This document shows, in pieces, positions 18,108 to 27,978 of a stretch of 64,000 bases of DNA. Position 1 is the stretch's first letter. Every line of letters starts with the position of its first letter. Made by a program: the position numbers and the translations under genes. The DNA lies in the NCBI GenBank assembly GCA_964350735.1, contig CAYGKO010000001.1:18134-82133 (forward strand), given 5' to 3'. Source of the DNA: an uncultured Candidatus Saccharibacteria bacterium. Lineage in GTDB: Bacteria > Patescibacteriota > Minisyncoccia > Phycocordibacterales > UBA918. The notes beneath the pieces were generated by a model. That model was not told the DNA's origin and made no database searches. It saw only the letters and a program-made list of their open reading frames with translations.

Positions 18108-18194
18108 AGAAACCCCAGCCAGCTAATTTTTGCAACCCGCAGCGGAATATTCAAAGCGAGGACCTTTTGTAAAAATTAGCTGGCTGGGGTTTCT
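18108..18194. repeat. Long inverted repeat (28-bp arms) downstream of argS
   Basis: AGAAACCCCAGCCAGCTAATTTTTGCAA ... TTGTAAAAATTAGCTGGCTGGGGTTTCT. Confidence 0.8.
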
Positions 18195-18202
18195 GGATAT
18201 AC

Positions 18203-19885
18203 CTACATTGACTCAGGTGACTTCATTCCCAGTACCCACAGCCCATTCTTCAATGTCTGACGAACACTATCTGCCACCGCCGCCTTATACGGTGCAAACT
18301 CGTCGCTTGGATCGGCGATTTTTTCATGCGCGTAAAACGCATTAAAAGCGCTAGCGAGCTCGGTGAGATAGCCGACTACTTTCTGTGGACCGCGCTCTGC
18401 CAAGGCCTCGGCAATGACTTCAGGGAATTGATAGATCAGCTTCTCGATTACATACGGCTCGGTTGGTGCACTGGCTGTACTCATCACTACTCCAGCTGCT
18501 GCCGCTTTTTCGAGCACTGAACAAATCCGAGCATGTGTGTACTGCAAGTACGGACCACTATCCCCTTCAAATGACAACGCGCGTTCTTTATCAAAAATAA
18601 TATTAGATCCAACACCATGACGCAGAATTTCGTATTTCAGCGCAGCGACCGCTACTTCTTCCACCAGCGCACCGACATTGGTATTCCGACTTTCCTCGGC
18701 GCGCGCTTGCGCAGCGGCTTCCATTTCTTCCAGCAGCGATTCGCCCGTGAGCACATTCCCCTGGCGAGATGACATCTTACCGGTTGTCAGCGTCAAGAAA
18801 CCAGTCGGGATATGCTCAAGCGTTCGGTCACCAATCTGGGGGAACAATTCTTTGAGCGCTGCAAACACCACTTTAAAGTATTCCGCCTGTTCGTTTCCAG
18901 TCACAATAATCGAATGCTCCCAATCAGACTCAGCAGCATCTTTGAGTGTGAAATGTCCCACGTCTTTGGCCTCGTACGTTGGTAGTCCCTTAGAATTCAA
19001 AAACACTCGAGTATGCAAACCTACCTTCTCTCCTTCATACACCACCGCGCCATCACTTTCGACAAAGATACTGCCGATATTCGCACGAACTTTCTCAGCC
19101 CCGGGCGCACTCGCCATTGATTCAGTAATTTCGTGATCAAACTTCGTTCCAAGTCGTAGTAATAATTCATTCAGTCGAGCCTTTGAAGTCGCAATCCCTT
19201 GTTCACGAAGGGCTGACAGTTCAGGATCAGTATTTTCGTATAACGCTTTGTTGATCATCTTAATCTCCTCCGCTTCCGCTCCTCCAGCTTCATACGCAGT
19301 GTTACCGGTTCGGTACGCTTCCCCGAGAGCAGTTATATCATTTGGATCGCCCCCGGTCTTCTGCAGTCCCCACACTCCCTTCGCCACCGTGAGACCAATG
19401 TCAGACGGATAGTTGAACCGCTTTACATCTGCCCCGTTCATTTCAAACAGTCGGGTCGTCGCTTCCCCAATAATATTCCCCACTAAGTTCCCGATGTGCA
19501 GTGGTTTGAAAAGATTCGGACTGGTGTATTCCACTACCACCTTCTTACCAGACCAACTATCATTCCTTCCCCACTGCTCTCCCGCAGTGGATACACTAGT
19601 AAGTTGCTCCGTGAAAAACTCTCGCGTCAGGTGAAAGTTAATAAAGCCCGGACCAGCGACAGACAGTCCTGCTACCCCCGGTATATTTTTTAGTACTGTT
19701 AACAGTACTAATTCTTCGGCTAATTCGCGGGGTTTTTTACCGAGGGTTTTTGCAGCCGATAAGGCGACGTTGGTGGCGTAGTCTCCATGACTCAGCTCGG
19801 CCGGGTGTTCCACCACAAAATTCGCCTCGGCTACACCGAGTTCTTGGAGGGCTGCTGCAATCGCTGCTCTAATAGTTGTTTCCAT
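18203..19885 (-). CDS. argS: Arginine--tRNA ligase
   Basis: GDYATN, AGPGFIN, EYTSPN..KPLHIG, KMSSR, GDSGPYLQY; start moved to the second Met on promoter spacing. Confidence 0.96.
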   Translation of the reverse strand: METTIRAAIAAALQELGVAEANFVVEHPAELSHGDYATNVALSAAKTLGKKPRELAEELVLLTVLKNIPGVAGLSVAGPGFINFHLTREFFTEQLTSVSTAGEQWGRNDSWSGKKVVVEYTSPNLFKPLHIGNLVGNIIGEATTRLFEMNGADVKRFNYPSDIGLTVAKGVWGLQKTGGDPNDITALGEAYRTGNTAYEAGGAEAEEIKMINKALYENTDPELSALREQGIATSKARLNELLLRLGTKFDHEITESMASAPGAEKVRANIGSIFVESDGAVVYEGEKVGLHTRVFLNSKGLPTYEAKDVGHFTLKDAAESDWEHSIIVTGNEQAEYFKVVFAALKELFPQIGDRTLEHIPTGFLTLTTGKMSSRQGNVLTGESLLEEMEAAAQARAEESRNTNVGALVEEVAVAALKYEILRHGVGSNIIFDKERALSFEGDSGPYLQYTHARICSVLEKAAAAGVVMSTASAPTEPYVIEKLIYQFPEVIAEALAERGPQKVVGYLTELASAFNAFYAHEKIADPSDEFAPYKAAVADSVRQTLKNGLWVLGMKSPESM

Positions 19886-20176
19886 TCCCGCTACCATAGC
19901 AAAAAAGCTTCTTGCTGGCGAGACACTTGTTGGTATTTAGTGTATTCTAAAATAAACTGAACCAATTCTCATATACGATGACCAGAGTCTGATATGTGAA
20001 TGGCTGGTTAGTTTTGAAAGCAGTAATAAAAAATCTCTCCAGGAGTTTTCTGCGCACATTTTCTCAGGAGTAAACGTGAAAATGCCCGTCGCTTAAAGGT
20101 GAGCGTATCACCAACTATAAAGAAGTTCTGGCCTGACGCTCTTCGGAGCGTCTTATTTTTATGTTAAGGTGCCCTT

Positions 20177-20497
20177 ATGCCCAAACCCCGCGGAAAAGAA
20201 CATACTACCCTGACCGAAACCGCAGCGCAGGTAGTACGTGAATTAGAAAAAATCCCCGGGATCAAAATGATCGCTCCCGGGGAGATTCGTACCAATGCGC
20301 GCAAGCGCGGCGGCGAGCGCTTCGTGACCGCCACCTACACCCCCGCTGGCTTCGAACTCCTCATCTCCGGCCAGTCTGTCCAGAAAGTCGCCGTGCACAC
20401 TACTAAAAGTGCCCCCATCATATTTAAAACCCTTACCAGCGCCAAACGTATGAAAGAAATTCAGTTTAAAGAACGTACAAGAAAGCCTGGAATTTAA
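20177..20497 (+). CDS. DUF2103-like small basic protein
   Basis: HTTL...I..I.PG.I...SVQ.V pattern, from recollection of the family. Confidence 0.5.
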   Translation: MPKPRGKEHTTLTETAAQVVRELEKIPGIKMIAPGEIRTNARKRGGERFVTATYTPAGFELLISGQSVQKVAVHTTKSAPIIFKTLTSAKRMKEIQFKERTRKPGI

Positions 20498-20748
20498 TTA
20501 TTATCCCTAGGTAATGCTGCTTGTTGATTAGTTACAAAGAAATCAACATGACTTTCAAGTTCATCATTAACTGAAAACCCAGAATCGTGCAATAACTTTA
20601 CTGCTTGTGCAACAGTAATCTCATTTTTAATGGCCCTATCTAAAAACTGTCTAACGGAAGTTAATGTGTCGTAGGCTTGCCTCAGATCAGTATACGAAAA
20701 AATCTCCATTGGATCTCCTTTCCTTCTAGGTAACTCAAAGGCTTTCAT
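20494..20748 (-). CDS. Hypothetical protein
   Basis: 84-aa ORF preceded by TATACT 7 nt upstream of the ATG. Confidence 0.55.
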   Translation of the reverse strand: MKAFELPRRKGDPMEIFSYTDLRQAYDTLTSVRQFLDRAIKNEITVAQAVKLLHDSGFSVNDELESHVDFFVTNQQAALPRDNN

Positions 20749-20769
20749 AGGATGTAGTATAACGCACCT

Positions 20770-20801
20770 AAAAGAACGGCGCCTGTAGGCGCCGTTCTTT
20801 T
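20770..20801. terminator. Intrinsic terminator
   Basis: AAAAGAACGGCGCC-tgta-GGCGCCGTTCTTTT. Confidence 0.75.
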
Positions 20802-20827
20802 GTGTACTCTCCTTCTTTACTAAAACA

Positions 20828-20936
20828 AATAGATTTGCTCAAGATACGCGGCGGACAAGAAAAAAGACCCGAGTGCTGCACGTGCAGAGTGAGGGTCTTT
20901 TTTCGTAGTCCAACAAAGTAGGTTGGGTGAATTATT
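20828..20936 (+). repeat. ERIC-like structured intergenic element, copy 3
   Basis: ACGCGGCGGACAAG-AAAAAAGACC-CGAG..TGAG-GGTCTTTTTT-CGTAGTCCAACAAAG. Confidence 0.65.
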
Positions 20937-21083
20937 AAGTCTGGGTCAAGTTTCTAATTCGCTTACGCTCATAAGAACTTCCTCCCCGGCCTCGATTGTT
21001 TTTGTGCTGGGAAACGCACAAAAACATATCTCCGGCTATAAACGCTAGAAAACCATCCACAGGGATGGTTTTCTTTTACGCGT

Positions 21084-21932
21084 TTAGCGTCGTTTTCCTA
21101 CCTTTCGGCGAGAAACGATAAGCTTGTTGCTGTACTTCTTCGGTGACCTTGTCTTCTGTCCCTTTCCGGTTGGACGACCTTGCTTGGTGCGAGATCGTTT
21201 GTGTCCTCGAGGAGACTTACCTTCACCACCACCATGCGGGTGGTCAACAGCGTTCTTCGCAGTACCACGAGTCTTCGGCCGAAGTCCCATGTGGCGAGCG
21301 CGTCCCGCTTTACCGATGTTCACCAAACGGTGTTCTTCGTTTGACACTTCACCGATTGACGCCCAACAAGATGAAATAATCTTTCGAATTTCAGTCGAAG
21401 GCATCTTCAGCTGGGTGTAGCCACCATCATGGGCTACTACTTCAGCGTAGTTACCCGCTGAGCGAGCCACGCGTCCACCACCTTCCGGCTTCATTTCGAT
21501 GTTGTACACAAAGGTACCAAGTGGTACTTTCGCGAGCGGCATTCGGTTACCAGTTTTGGCTTTCGCTGTTTCTGACACAATGAATGTATCATCTACCTTC
21601 ATCTTTTGTGGTACCAGCACGTAGCGTCGTTCCCCATCTTTATACAGTACCAAAGCGATGAATCCAGAACGATACGGATCATATTCAATTGATTCGATTT
21701 TTGCTTCAATATCTTTCTTGTCGAACTTGAAGTCCACCATTCGATATTTCCGCTTGTTACCGTTTCCACGGTACCAGTTGGTGATACGTCCCTGACTGTT
21801 ACGTCCACCAGTTGATTTCTTACCTTTGGTAAGCGCTTTCGCTGGCTTACTTCGGTTAGTAGTGAGGTACTTCTTGTATTCGATCACGGTCATCCCACGA
21901 CGGCCCGGACTGGTTGGTTTGAGTTTTTTCAT
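21084..21932 (-). CDS. rplB: 50S ribosomal protein L2
   Basis: GRNSQGRIT, IEYDP.R, DHPHGGGEG. Confidence 0.98.
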   Translation of the reverse strand: MKKLKPTSPGRRGMTVIEYKKYLTTNRSKPAKALTKGKKSTGGRNSQGRITNWYRGNGNKRKYRMVDFKFDKKDIEAKIESIEYDPYRSGFIALVLYKDGERRYVLVPQKMKVDDTFIVSETAKAKTGNRMPLAKVPLGTFVYNIEMKPEGGGRVARSAGNYAEVVAHDGGYTQLKMPSTEIRKIISSCWASIGEVSNEEHRLVNIGKAGRARHMGLRPKTRGTAKNAVDHPHGGGEGKSPRGHKRSRTKQGRPTGKGQKTRSPKKYSNKLIVSRRKVGKRR

Positions 21933-21934
21933 AC

Positions 21935-22312
21935 CTATACAATTGAGATTGAATCACCACTTTTAAGATATACGTAGGCCTTCTTCATGCCTGATTCCGT
22001 AACTTTTCGACCCTTACTACGTGACATAAATTGTCGAGGTGCTTTATTTACGATGTTCACCTTCACCGGCGTCACTGAGAATAGTTGCTGTACAGCGTCA
22101 CGAACGTCGTACTTAGTTGCGTCCTTTCGAACCACAAATGTGTATACGTTTCGTTCACCCATCTTTACCGCTTTTTCGGTAACTCGAGGTTTGATGATGA
22201 CACCTGAGAGATCTCGGTCTGTTGCAAGCGCAGTAGATTTCACTACTGGTTTCACAGCCTTGTCTCCTTCAGCTTTCTGCTCAGTCTTTTTGCTTCGACT
22301 AAAGAGAGCCAT
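21935..22312 (-). CDS. rplW: 50S ribosomal protein L23
   Basis: P.VTEKA, YTF.V...ATK, KKAYV.L. Confidence 0.96.
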   Translation of the reverse strand: MALFSRSKKTEQKAEGDKAVKPVVKSTALATDRDLSGVIIKPRVTEKAVKMGERNVYTFVVRKDATKYDVRDAVQQLFSVTPVKVNIVNKAPRQFMSRSKGRKVTESGMKKAYVYLKSGDSISIV

Positions 22313-22314
22313 AA

Positions 22315-22995
22315 TTATTTTTCTGAGGCGGTAGATCCAATACGTGACTCAAGAATCTCAAGAGCCTTTGCTGGTTCTGCCATTACTACATATTTGTAAG
22401 TAAGAAGATCAACTGGGTTGATATCCTTCACTTGAGCAACCACCAGGTTGCCGAAGTTGCGGAAGCTCTTCTCAGTTGCTTCGTTGCGTTCTGAAAGTAC
22501 CACGAGGGCAGCATTCTTTCGCTTGGTTGCCATATCATCGTGCTTGCTGCCCGCTGCGATCGCCTTGATCGCTGCTTTTGCTTCAGCTGTCTTTGGTGAT
22601 GCAAAATTGATTTGATCAATAAAAACAACTTCGCCATCAGCATGCTTCTTAGAAAGTGTTGCCGCTAATGCTTTGGCGCGAACTTTCTTATTGATTTTCT
22701 TGGCGTAGTTACGGTCGTTTCGCGGGCCAAAAGTGACACCTCCCCCAGTCCAGATCGGTGAACGACGAGAACCATGTCGCGCGCGACCAGTTCCCTTCTG
22801 TCGCCATGGCTTTCGTCCACCACCGCGTACTTCACTTCGATCTTTCGTGTGAGCTGTATTAGCTCGGGCGTTACTCTGCATAGAGACCACTACTTCGTGC
22901 ACCAAGTCAGCGTTCCACTTTTCACCGAAAACGGCTTCGGGTAGAGTCAACTTTCCTGATTCTTTTCCTTCGATTGTGAATATTGTTGTTTCCAT
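22315..22995 (-). CDS. rplD: 50S ribosomal protein L4
   Basis: TKDRSEVRGGGRKPWRQKGTGRAR. Confidence 0.98.
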   Translation of the reverse strand: METTIFTIEGKESGKLTLPEAVFGEKWNADLVHEVVVSMQSNARANTAHTKDRSEVRGGGRKPWRQKGTGRARHGSRRSPIWTGGGVTFGPRNDRNYAKKINKKVRAKALAATLSKKHADGEVVFIDQINFASPKTAEAKAAIKAIAAGSKHDDMATKRKNAALVVLSERNEATEKSFRNFGNLVVAQVKDINPVDLLTYKYVVMAEPAKALEILESRIGSTASEK

Positions 22996-22999
22996 ACGT

Positions 23000-23620
23000 T
23001 TATACGCCACGAACCTCTACTAATGAACCCCGTCGACCCGGAATTGCGCCTTTGATAAGCAACAGATTGTCTGCTGCATTCACCTGCAAGACTTGTAGGT
23101 TCTTGACCGTTACCCGGTCAGCTCCCATTCGTCCAGCCATTTTCTTTCCTTTAAAAACACGAGCTGGCCCAGTCGCACCGATTGAACCGGCTTTACGACT
23201 TGAGTGCTTTCGTCCGTGAGAGGCTTTGTCTCCTTTGAAGTTGTAGCGCTTAACTACACCTTGGAAACCTTTACCTTTTGAAGTAGCTGACACTACTACA
23301 GTATCGCCAGCTTCAAACACAGATGCATCGAGAGTTTGACCTTTCTCGAAGCCTTCGAGAGTTTCGTCAAAACTAGCGCGTGCGCGGAATTCTTGTACGT
23401 GTGCAAATGCACCGCCAAGATGTCCTTTTTCGGCTTTGTTTACCCGGTGCTCCTTTTGTGAACCAGTTGCCACCTGGACCGCTTGGTAGCCGTCAGAATC
23501 GGTGGTTTTTAGCTGTGTTATCATAGTTGGTTCAACCCGGAGTACCGTTGCTGGATGACACACACCATCGGCGTCAAACACCTGTGTCATGCCATCTTTG
23601 GTTCCTAAAATAAATTTCAT
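23000..23620 (-). CDS. rplC: 50S ribosomal protein L3
   Basis: GMTQVF, DGY.AVQ, SKGKGFQG, KKMAGRMG. Confidence 0.98.
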   Translation of the reverse strand: MKFILGTKDGMTQVFDADGVCHPATVLRVEPTMITQLKTTDSDGYQAVQVATGSQKEHRVNKAEKGHLGGAFAHVQEFRARASFDETLEGFEKGQTLDASVFEAGDTVVVSATSKGKGFQGVVKRYNFKGDKASHGRKHSSRKAGSIGATGPARVFKGKKMAGRMGADRVTVKNLQVLQVNAADNLLLIKGAIPGRRGSLVEVRGV

Positions 23621-23863
23621 TTATTTTGAACTATCTAATAATGTTGCTTTTATTAGACCACAAATGAGAAATCGCGCAGTTTTGCTAGCGCGGACAGAAG
23701 TCCGCACGCAAAACCGCGCGATTTCTGCCCATTGGTTCTCATGCAGCAAAGCTGCAATCACCGAACATAGGTCTTTTAAAGCTGGGGGTAGTATACCTAC
23801 ATATTTGCCTTTTGCAAGCTGATGTGGTTTTATACAACAAACGTTCAAACATGGAGTGTTCAA

Positions 23864-24169
23864 ATGAACGAATGGCCAGTTCTTACCGCTGCGGTACTCA
23901 ATCTCATCACCGACAGAGTGTGGCGCTCATCCGACGGATCGGCGTTTACGCCTAATGACGATGGGTTTGATGGGGTCATGAGCATATTCTTCGACGAAGA
24001 CGCTGGATGTGTCTATGCAGTCGATCGAGAAGGGAATCTTTACCGAATGCATTCGAAAGATGCTTTTCAAACCCTAAAAGACCGTCGTATCATGATCGTT
24101 CAGGTCTTTTGGATCCAAACATCTCAAACCAAGACTAAACTTGTCGAAATCGCTGAAGACGTGACATAA
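23864..24169 (+). CDS. Hypothetical protein
   Basis: GGAG SD-like site before ATG 23864; no recognised motif. Confidence 0.45.
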   Translation: MNEWPVLTAAVLNLITDRVWRSSDGSAFTPNDDGFDGVMSIFFDEDAGCVYAVDREGNLYRMHSKDAFQTLKDRRIMIVQVFWIQTSQTKTKLVEIAEDVT

Positions 24170-24252
24170 AGTACCATCCGCCTCCCTATGAAACGCCCCT
24201 CGCCGCACCCGCGGCGAGGATGAACGACTCACTACGGTGAGCGTTTTTTGTT

Positions 24253-25092
24253 TTAAAACAGCTTTATATCTTTGGGAATAAACGAAAAGATAATATGTAG
24301 TGCCGTCCAAATAAAGAAGTACGTTTCACTAAAAAAATACTCATGTCCGGGTAAGGTAAATCCATACCACGCAACTGTTGCGATAGCTCCGAGTAGCAGA
24401 TTTACTCCCAACACCCGCTTCGCATACGTCGTACGTGCCGGCCCCTTCCCCCACAGCTTTTGTAAATACTCCACGTACCACAAAAAGTAATGGAACAAAA
24501 TAATACAACCGAGAACCAACATCACCGGCACGACGTCGACAACTAAAATCAGTATCATTGATAGCGTTGCAAGCAAGATACTATACAAAGCAAAATAGTT
24601 GCCCTGACTGCGATGGATACGCAGCCCCGCCAAGGTGATTATAAATGACACTCCAGCCAACACCTGCAGCTTTGTCTCTCCGTACACAAAGCCAGTAGCC
24701 AGCGACGATAACTCCAGAGTAAATAACAGTAGTACGCCATTGAAAATAACCAAGATACTGAACCAGTCTATATACCCCGAAATGAGGGTGACGTCGTCGA
24801 TACAGTTGTGCAGCACAAACAGTGCCCCAGCAAATACAATCCAAAACGTCGGCGAAAACACCTCGAATAAACCTAGCAACATGAAGACAACGACTGCGCT
24901 AAACCAAAGTCTAAAAAAATCAGACCGCCACCACTTCCCCAGCCGTTCAAACGTATACCAGTAGGCCAAGATAAAATGAGCCTGACCGAGAAAGATAATC
25001 AGGACCAGTACGAGTGCGGGTGAAAAAAAACTAACCAAACTAAATGCCAATCCCAGAGAAAACACTCTCGCAAAGAAAGAACCTAGAACCAT
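24253..25092 (-). CDS. Polytopic membrane protein with four spaced intramembrane histidines
   Basis: GQAHF, LHN..DD, FHY..W, ALHI in TM segments; overlaps the UbiA-like gene. Confidence 0.6.
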   Translation of the reverse strand: MVLGSFFARVFSLGLAFSLVSFFSPALVLVLIIFLGQAHFILAYWYTFERLGKWWRSDFFRLWFSAVVVFMLLGLFEVFSPTFWIVFAGALFVLHNCIDDVTLISGYIDWFSILVIFNGVLLLFTLELSSLATGFVYGETKLQVLAGVSFIITLAGLRIHRSQGNYFALYSILLATLSMILILVVDVVPVMLVLGCIILFHYFLWYVEYLQKLWGKGPARTTYAKRVLGVNLLLGAIATVAWYGFTLPGHEYFFSETYFFIWTALHIIFSFIPKDIKLF

Positions 25093-25889
25093 GCCCCCAA
25101 AAAGATTATCCCACTCAAGACATAGAGCATCAGATGAAAATGGATCCTCGCACTAGCAGGTTGGAGGAAATATAGATACCCAGCCAATACTCCCGCTACC
25201 GCATAATTTGCCACATGATAGTCGTACGACATCGCTAGCCCGATTGCTACAAATACCAAGCCAATGATCTTGGCTACGGGCACCCCTAGTACGACTGGAA
25301 TAGTATTTACCTTGGATACTCGGTCGCCTGCAACATCACGAATATCCCAAAGTACTTCCCCCGCCAGGTAGAAGAACGCGAAACTCACGAGTGCACCAGC
25401 GAATAAAACAGTGTTTTCGTTTGGGAAGTAAATATACACGCCGAACCAAATCGGTAAGAACATATCAATGTACGCCCAGAAGTTTTTTAAGAAAAATATG
25501 TTCTTCACGCGGTAGTGCTTGTAGACAGGATATGAATACAAGCAGCCAATCCCAATATAAATTAGATACGGAAGCACCGGCATATCTATCACATATAAAA
25601 TCGTGGCTGGGATCACAATCAAAAGTGGTAATAACCGCTTGGCCCATTGGTGCGATGATTCACTCATCATTTCTTGCGGCTGCGAAACAGCGTCTTCTAC
25701 GCGATCAGTGGTTTTGTTATATAAATAAATCCACACCAGCCCGCACATGAAACAAAACCCCACAGTCAGACGGTCATCAATCCCACCCGTTTTCTGACTG
25801 GGCAGGTATTGCCACAAGCTAAATGTCAGAGCGGCGAAGAATACATAGACATCAATCCGATATGACTGCAGCCAGTTTAGATATTTCAT
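25083..25889 (-). CDS. UbiA family prenyltransferase
   Basis: N...D..ED (NKTTDRVED) and D..D..GD (DIRDVAGD) motifs, multi-TM. Confidence 0.82.
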   Translation of the reverse strand: MKYLNWLQSYRIDVYVFFAALTFSLWQYLPSQKTGGIDDRLTVGFCFMCGLVWIYLYNKTTDRVEDAVSQPQEMMSESSHQWAKRLLPLLIVIPATILYVIDMPVLPYLIYIGIGCLYSYPVYKHYRVKNIFFLKNFWAYIDMFLPIWFGVYIYFPNENTVLFAGALVSFAFFYLAGEVLWDIRDVAGDRVSKVNTIPVVLGVPVAKIIGLVFVAIGLAMSYDYHVANYAVAGVLAGYLYFLQPASARIHFHLMLYVLSGIIFLGAWF

Positions 25890-25996
25890 TACGAGCAGTA
25901 TACCGGTACCAGGAAAAATAAAAATCTTTACAAACATTGGTTTAGTAACCTGGTACGACCAGTCTATTAGTAAGTAATTTCTTGTCCGCGGCAACA

Positions 25997-26029
25997 CAAA
26001 AGACCGACCCCTTTCGGAGTCGGTCTTTT
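25997..26029 (-). terminator. Terminator downstream of rpsJ
   Basis: CAAAAGACCGAC..GTCGGTCTTTTG hairpin. Confidence 0.7.
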
Positions 26030-26123
26030 GCTATGGCAAACTTCTACGAGCGCTCTATCACTTAGTTTTACTACCGAGCGACATGAGCGAAGGTAGAAAG
26101 AAGTTGAAGTATGCTTCAGCTCC

Positions 26124-26480
26124 TTACATCATCTTCACGTCGATGTTCACACCAGACGGAAGTGAGAGATTGGTTAAGGCTTCAATGACCTTACCGCTTG
26201 GGTTCATAATGTCGATGACACGCTTATGCATGCGCATTTCGAATTGTTCTCGCGCGTCTTTGTGGACGAACGTTGAACGGTTTACGGTGTACTTCTTGAT
26301 TTCAGTTGGCAACGGGATTGGTCCTACTACGTCGGCATCAAACCGAGCAGCAGTATCAATGATTTGCTTCACTGACTGGTCAAGAATTTTGTGCTCGTAC
26401 GCTCGCACCCGAATGCGGAGCTTCTGGATTTCTCCAGTTGGAGCAACGTCTTTTTTTGATGTAGTTTTTGTTGTAGCCAT
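26124..26480 (-). CDS. rpsJ: 30S ribosomal protein S10
   Basis: RIR..AY....LD, GPIPLPT, REQFE.R.HKR. Confidence 0.98.
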   Translation of the reverse strand: MATTKTTSKKDVAPTGEIQKLRIRVRAYEHKILDQSVKQIIDTAARFDADVVGPIPLPTEIKKYTVNRSTFVHKDAREQFEMRMHKRVIDIMNPSGKVIEALTNLSLPSGVNIDVKMM

Positions 26481-26499
26481 AGTGTGAATGAATTAGTGC

Positions 26500-27693
26500 T
26501 TACGCGACAATTTTAGTGATCACACCAGCACCTACTGTCTTACCTCCTTCACGAATCGCGAAGTTAGTTTGTTCTTCCATAGCAACTGGAGCTACCAACT
26601 TCACTTTGAACGTTGCAGTATCTCCTGGCATTACCATTTCAGTTCCTTCAGCTAGGGTTACGTCTCCAGTTACGTCCGTGGTTCGGATGTAGAACTGTGG
26701 CTTGTACCCTGAGAAGAATGGAGTATGACGTCCACCTTCTTCTTTACCAAGTACGTATACTTCAGCTTCGAACTCAGTGTGTGGAGTTACAGAACCCTTG
26801 GCAGCGAGTACTTGACCTCGGTGTACGTCTTCCTTCTTAGTCCCTCGCAGGAGAATACCAGCGTTGTCTCCAGCTTGCGCTGAGTCGAGCTGCTTGTTGA
26901 ACATTTCAACTCCAGTTACTGTAGTTGTAACGGTATCCTTGATTCCAACGATTTCAATTTCTTCACCTACCTTTACTGACCCTCGTTCTACCCGACCAGT
27001 TACTACTGTACCGCGTCCTTCAATTGAGAAAATGTCCTCAACTGGCATTAGGAATGGCTTATCGAGTTCACGTACTGGCATTGGGAAGTACTCATCCATG
27101 GCTGTAGCTAGTTCGAGGATCTTCTTACCCCAGTCTCCCGCTGGCTCTTCGAGTGCCTTCAACGCTGAACCTTGGATGATTGGAGCATTCTCTCCATCAA
27201 AACCAGCCTTGGTAAGGTCTTCTCGTAGTTCTTCTTCTACCAACATGATCATTTCTTCGTCATCTACCATGTCACATTTGTTGAGGAATACGAGCATTTT
27301 TGGTACTCCTACTTGCTTTGCAAGCAAGATGTGTTCCTTGGTCTGTGGCATCGCACCATCAGTCGCAGCCACCACAAGGATAGCCCCGTCCATTTGGGCA
27401 GCACCAGTAATCATGTTCTTAATGTAGTCGGCGTGACCAGGCGCATCGATGTGCGCGTAGTGTCGGTTGGGAGTCTCGTACTCAGAGTGAGAAAGAGAAA
27501 TTGTAATACCACGCGCCTTTTCTTCTGGCGCCTTATCAATGTCTTCTACTGCTTTAAGGTTTGCAGTGTATCCTTCGCCAGCTTGCGCTAGTACGTTTAG
27601 GATCGCAGCCGTAAGTGTAGTCTTACCGTGGTCAACGTGACCAATAGTACCTACGTTAATGTGCGGCTTTGATCGATCGAATGAATCGGCCAT
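26500..27693 (-). CDS. tuf: Elongation factor Tu
   Basis: [26 protein letters not shown]. Confidence 0.99.
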   Translation of the reverse strand: MADSFDRSKPHINVGTIGHVDHGKTTLTAAILNVLAQAGEGYTANLKAVEDIDKAPEEKARGITISLSHSEYETPNRHYAHIDAPGHADYIKNMITGAAQMDGAILVVAATDGAMPQTKEHILLAKQVGVPKMLVFLNKCDMVDDEEMIMLVEEELREDLTKAGFDGENAPIIQGSALKALEEPAGDWGKKILELATAMDEYFPMPVRELDKPFLMPVEDIFSIEGRGTVVTGRVERGSVKVGEEIEIVGIKDTVTTTVTGVEMFNKQLDSAQAGDNAGILLRGTKKEDVHRGQVLAAKGSVTPHTEFEAEVYVLGKEEGGRHTPFFSGYKPQFYIRTTDVTGDVTLAEGTEMVMPGDTATFKVKLVAPVAMEEQTNFAIREGGKTVGAGVITKIVA

Positions 27694-27978
27694 AATCGTA
27701 ATGTAATTACTAAGTATTTATAAGTTACCGCACACGGCTGCTTTTTATATAAAAAAAGCGATACACGAATACAGAGGAGTAACGCCACGAGAACCAGTTT
27801 CGTTACTACTTCGCACACGCGAGTGTGAAAGAGCGATATGAATTGCCCTACCCCAACCATAGGCCGGTGCAGTGGCGAAATAGTACCAGAGCACCCAATT
27901 TTTGCAAGCAAAAGTTAGATACCTGCCCATCCCTCCCCCAGAAACAATCAAACCGCACAATCTCCTTTCGCGTTGCGA

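Noticed and set aside
9278-19920. T-box riboswitches upstream of metG, glyQS, ileS and argS
   Set aside because: No UGGNACC antiterminator consensus found, and the leaders are too short
19953-20160. Open frame followed by a UUCG terminator hairpin between argS and the DUF2103-like gene
   Set aside because: The ~45-codon frame has no suitable start codon or recognisable motif; cannot be supported as a gene
23621-23863. 80-aa ORF in frame upstream of rplC
   Set aside because: Low-complexity Cys-rich translation over a hairpin-containing leader; likely non-coding
27783-27877. tRNA gene upstream of tuf
   Set aside because: No TTC T-loop, canonical anticodon arm or CCA; kept only as a structured leader
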